Assembly (NCBI GenBank): GCA_024642805.1 | Contig: JAHEAK010000001.1 | Location: 1-32,001 of the forward strand | Direction: 5' to 3' | Source of the DNA: Kofleriaceae bacterium | GTDB taxonomy: Bacteria > Myxococcota_A > Polyangia > Haliangiales > Haliangiaceae | DNA length: 32,001 nt | Made by a program: the position numbers and the translations under genes | The notes under the pieces: model-generated | Seen by the model: only the letters and a program-made list of their open reading frames with translations | Database searches by the model: none | Told to the model about the DNA's origin: nothing | Shown here: one piece after another, positions 31,154-32,001 of the stretch | Layout of the letters: every line of letters starts with the position of its first letter | Position numbering within the stretch: the first letter of the stretch is position 1

Positions 31154-32001
31154 ATGCAATCGACCAGGCAATCGACTCGATCCTCATCACTTCTATCTCT
31201 TTCTTGCGCGATGGCCGCGCTGCTGAGCATCCCGCTCGTCGGAGCCTGTGGCGACGACAGCGGCGCCGTTGACGCTTCCACCATCGATGCCCAGCCCAAT
31301 GAGGGCACCTTCAGCTTGAGCTGGACTCTCTCCGACGGCAACGCGGCCATAAGCTGCGCCGACGTGGGCGCGGTATCGGTCGCGGTCACGTTGATTCCCG
31401 ACGGCGGCTTCACCGGCGAGTCGGAGTCGTTTTCCTGTGCATCTGGAAATGGCCAAAGTCGCGGTCTGGCACCGGGCCTCTACAATGTCCGCATCGATCT
31501 GCGCGCTTCCGGCAGTCGCTCACTCTTGCCAGCGGTAATTCAGGGCGCACAAATCGAGATCGTAGCCAACACCGATACCCCCATGGCGGCACAGAGCTTC
31601 GTCGTGGATGCCCAGGGCAGCTTCAGTTTCCTAGTTGATTCTGGAAGTGCCGGCGGCAACTGTGCAGACGTCGGGGCCGGCGGCGCCGGCATCGTTGGGA
31701 TTTCCTTTGCCCTGGCCGATGCCCTCGGCACTTGCATCGAGACCGATTTCGTCGTCGCCGCCGGAGCCTTGCCTGGCGGTACCTTCTCGAGCAATTGCAC
31801 GACCCCAGCCACGCCATTGCCATGCTTCGGCAGCGATCAACTGGTCACCGTCGCTTCGACACGCTCGGGCGCACGCAAACTCACGATTACGGCCCAGAAG
31901 CCAAGCCTGGTCGATGCGACGCCAAGTGACTGCTACAGCCGCGTTTCCGATTTCAGCTTGGCCGGCGCAGGGCTGGTTGGCGAGCTCGGATCGCTTGGCT
32001 T
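31154..32001 (+). CDS. Hypothetical Cys-rich lipoprotein, 3' end outside the window
   Basis: Not in the ORF track because no stop falls in the window. My own translation from ATG 31154 (GGGAGG 9 nt upstream) is open to position 32001: MQSTRQSTRSSSLLSLSCAMAALLSIPLVGACGDDSG... with lipobox LVGAC. Confidence 0.6.
   Translation, partial: MQSTRQSTRSSSLLSLSCAMAALLSIPLVGACGDDSGAVDASTIDAQPNEGTFSLSWTLSDGNAAISCADVGAVSVAVTLIPDGGFTGESESFSCASGNGQSRGLAPGLYNVRIDLRASGSRSLLPAVIQGAQIEIVANTDTPMAAQSFVVDAQGSFSFLVDSGSAGGNCADVGAGGAGIVGISFALADALGTCIETDFVVAAGALPGGTFSSNCTTPATPLPCFGSDQLVTVASTRSGARKLTITAQKPSLVDATPSDCYSRVSDFSLAGAGLVGELGSLG

Overview
This is a high-GC bacterial chromosomal segment, roughly 60-65% GC by eye. 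It has a deltaproteobacterial or myxobacteria-like flavour: an FHA-GAF-sigma-54 activator, an FHA-GGDEF cyclase, a PilZ protein and many lipoproteins. Most of it is housekeeping. In order it carries an FmdB zinc ribbon, folD, a parA-parB-(PilZ/receiver-like) operon, and a translationally coupled GntR/GMC-oxidoreductase operon. These are followed by lon, dnaK, a MepA-like endopeptidase, a MoxR ATPase, and a purH-purD-purE-tsaC-DUF1015 cluster. The window ends with an FHA-GGDEF/sulfatase/lipoprotein operon, a MATE exporter, and a 3'-truncated lipoprotein gene (31154 to the window end) that is absent from the ORF track. I see no rRNA, tRNA, CRISPR array, transposase, integrase or recognisable defence island. 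Several things deserve a second look. (1) purH is broken: its frame shifts and about 25 conserved codons are missing. (2) There are four intergenic short tandem arrays with 10-11, 13, 11 and 22 bp units. Two of them share the 12-mer TTGGCCTGGCAC and have sigma-54 -24/-12 geometry facing downstream genes. (3) An identical TTGACG-N17-TAGGTTG element precedes both lon and dnaK, and at lon it abuts the start codon. (4) A 61-codon ORF ending in an AT-hook lies divergent from parAB. (5) An A/T-richer gap holds a small ORF and a very strong terminator 64 nt before the MATE gene. (6) A MerR-like protein is paired with a sigma-70 region-4-like Cys/His protein behind a 42% GC promoter region. All calls come from reading motifs by eye. 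No database search or folding program was run.
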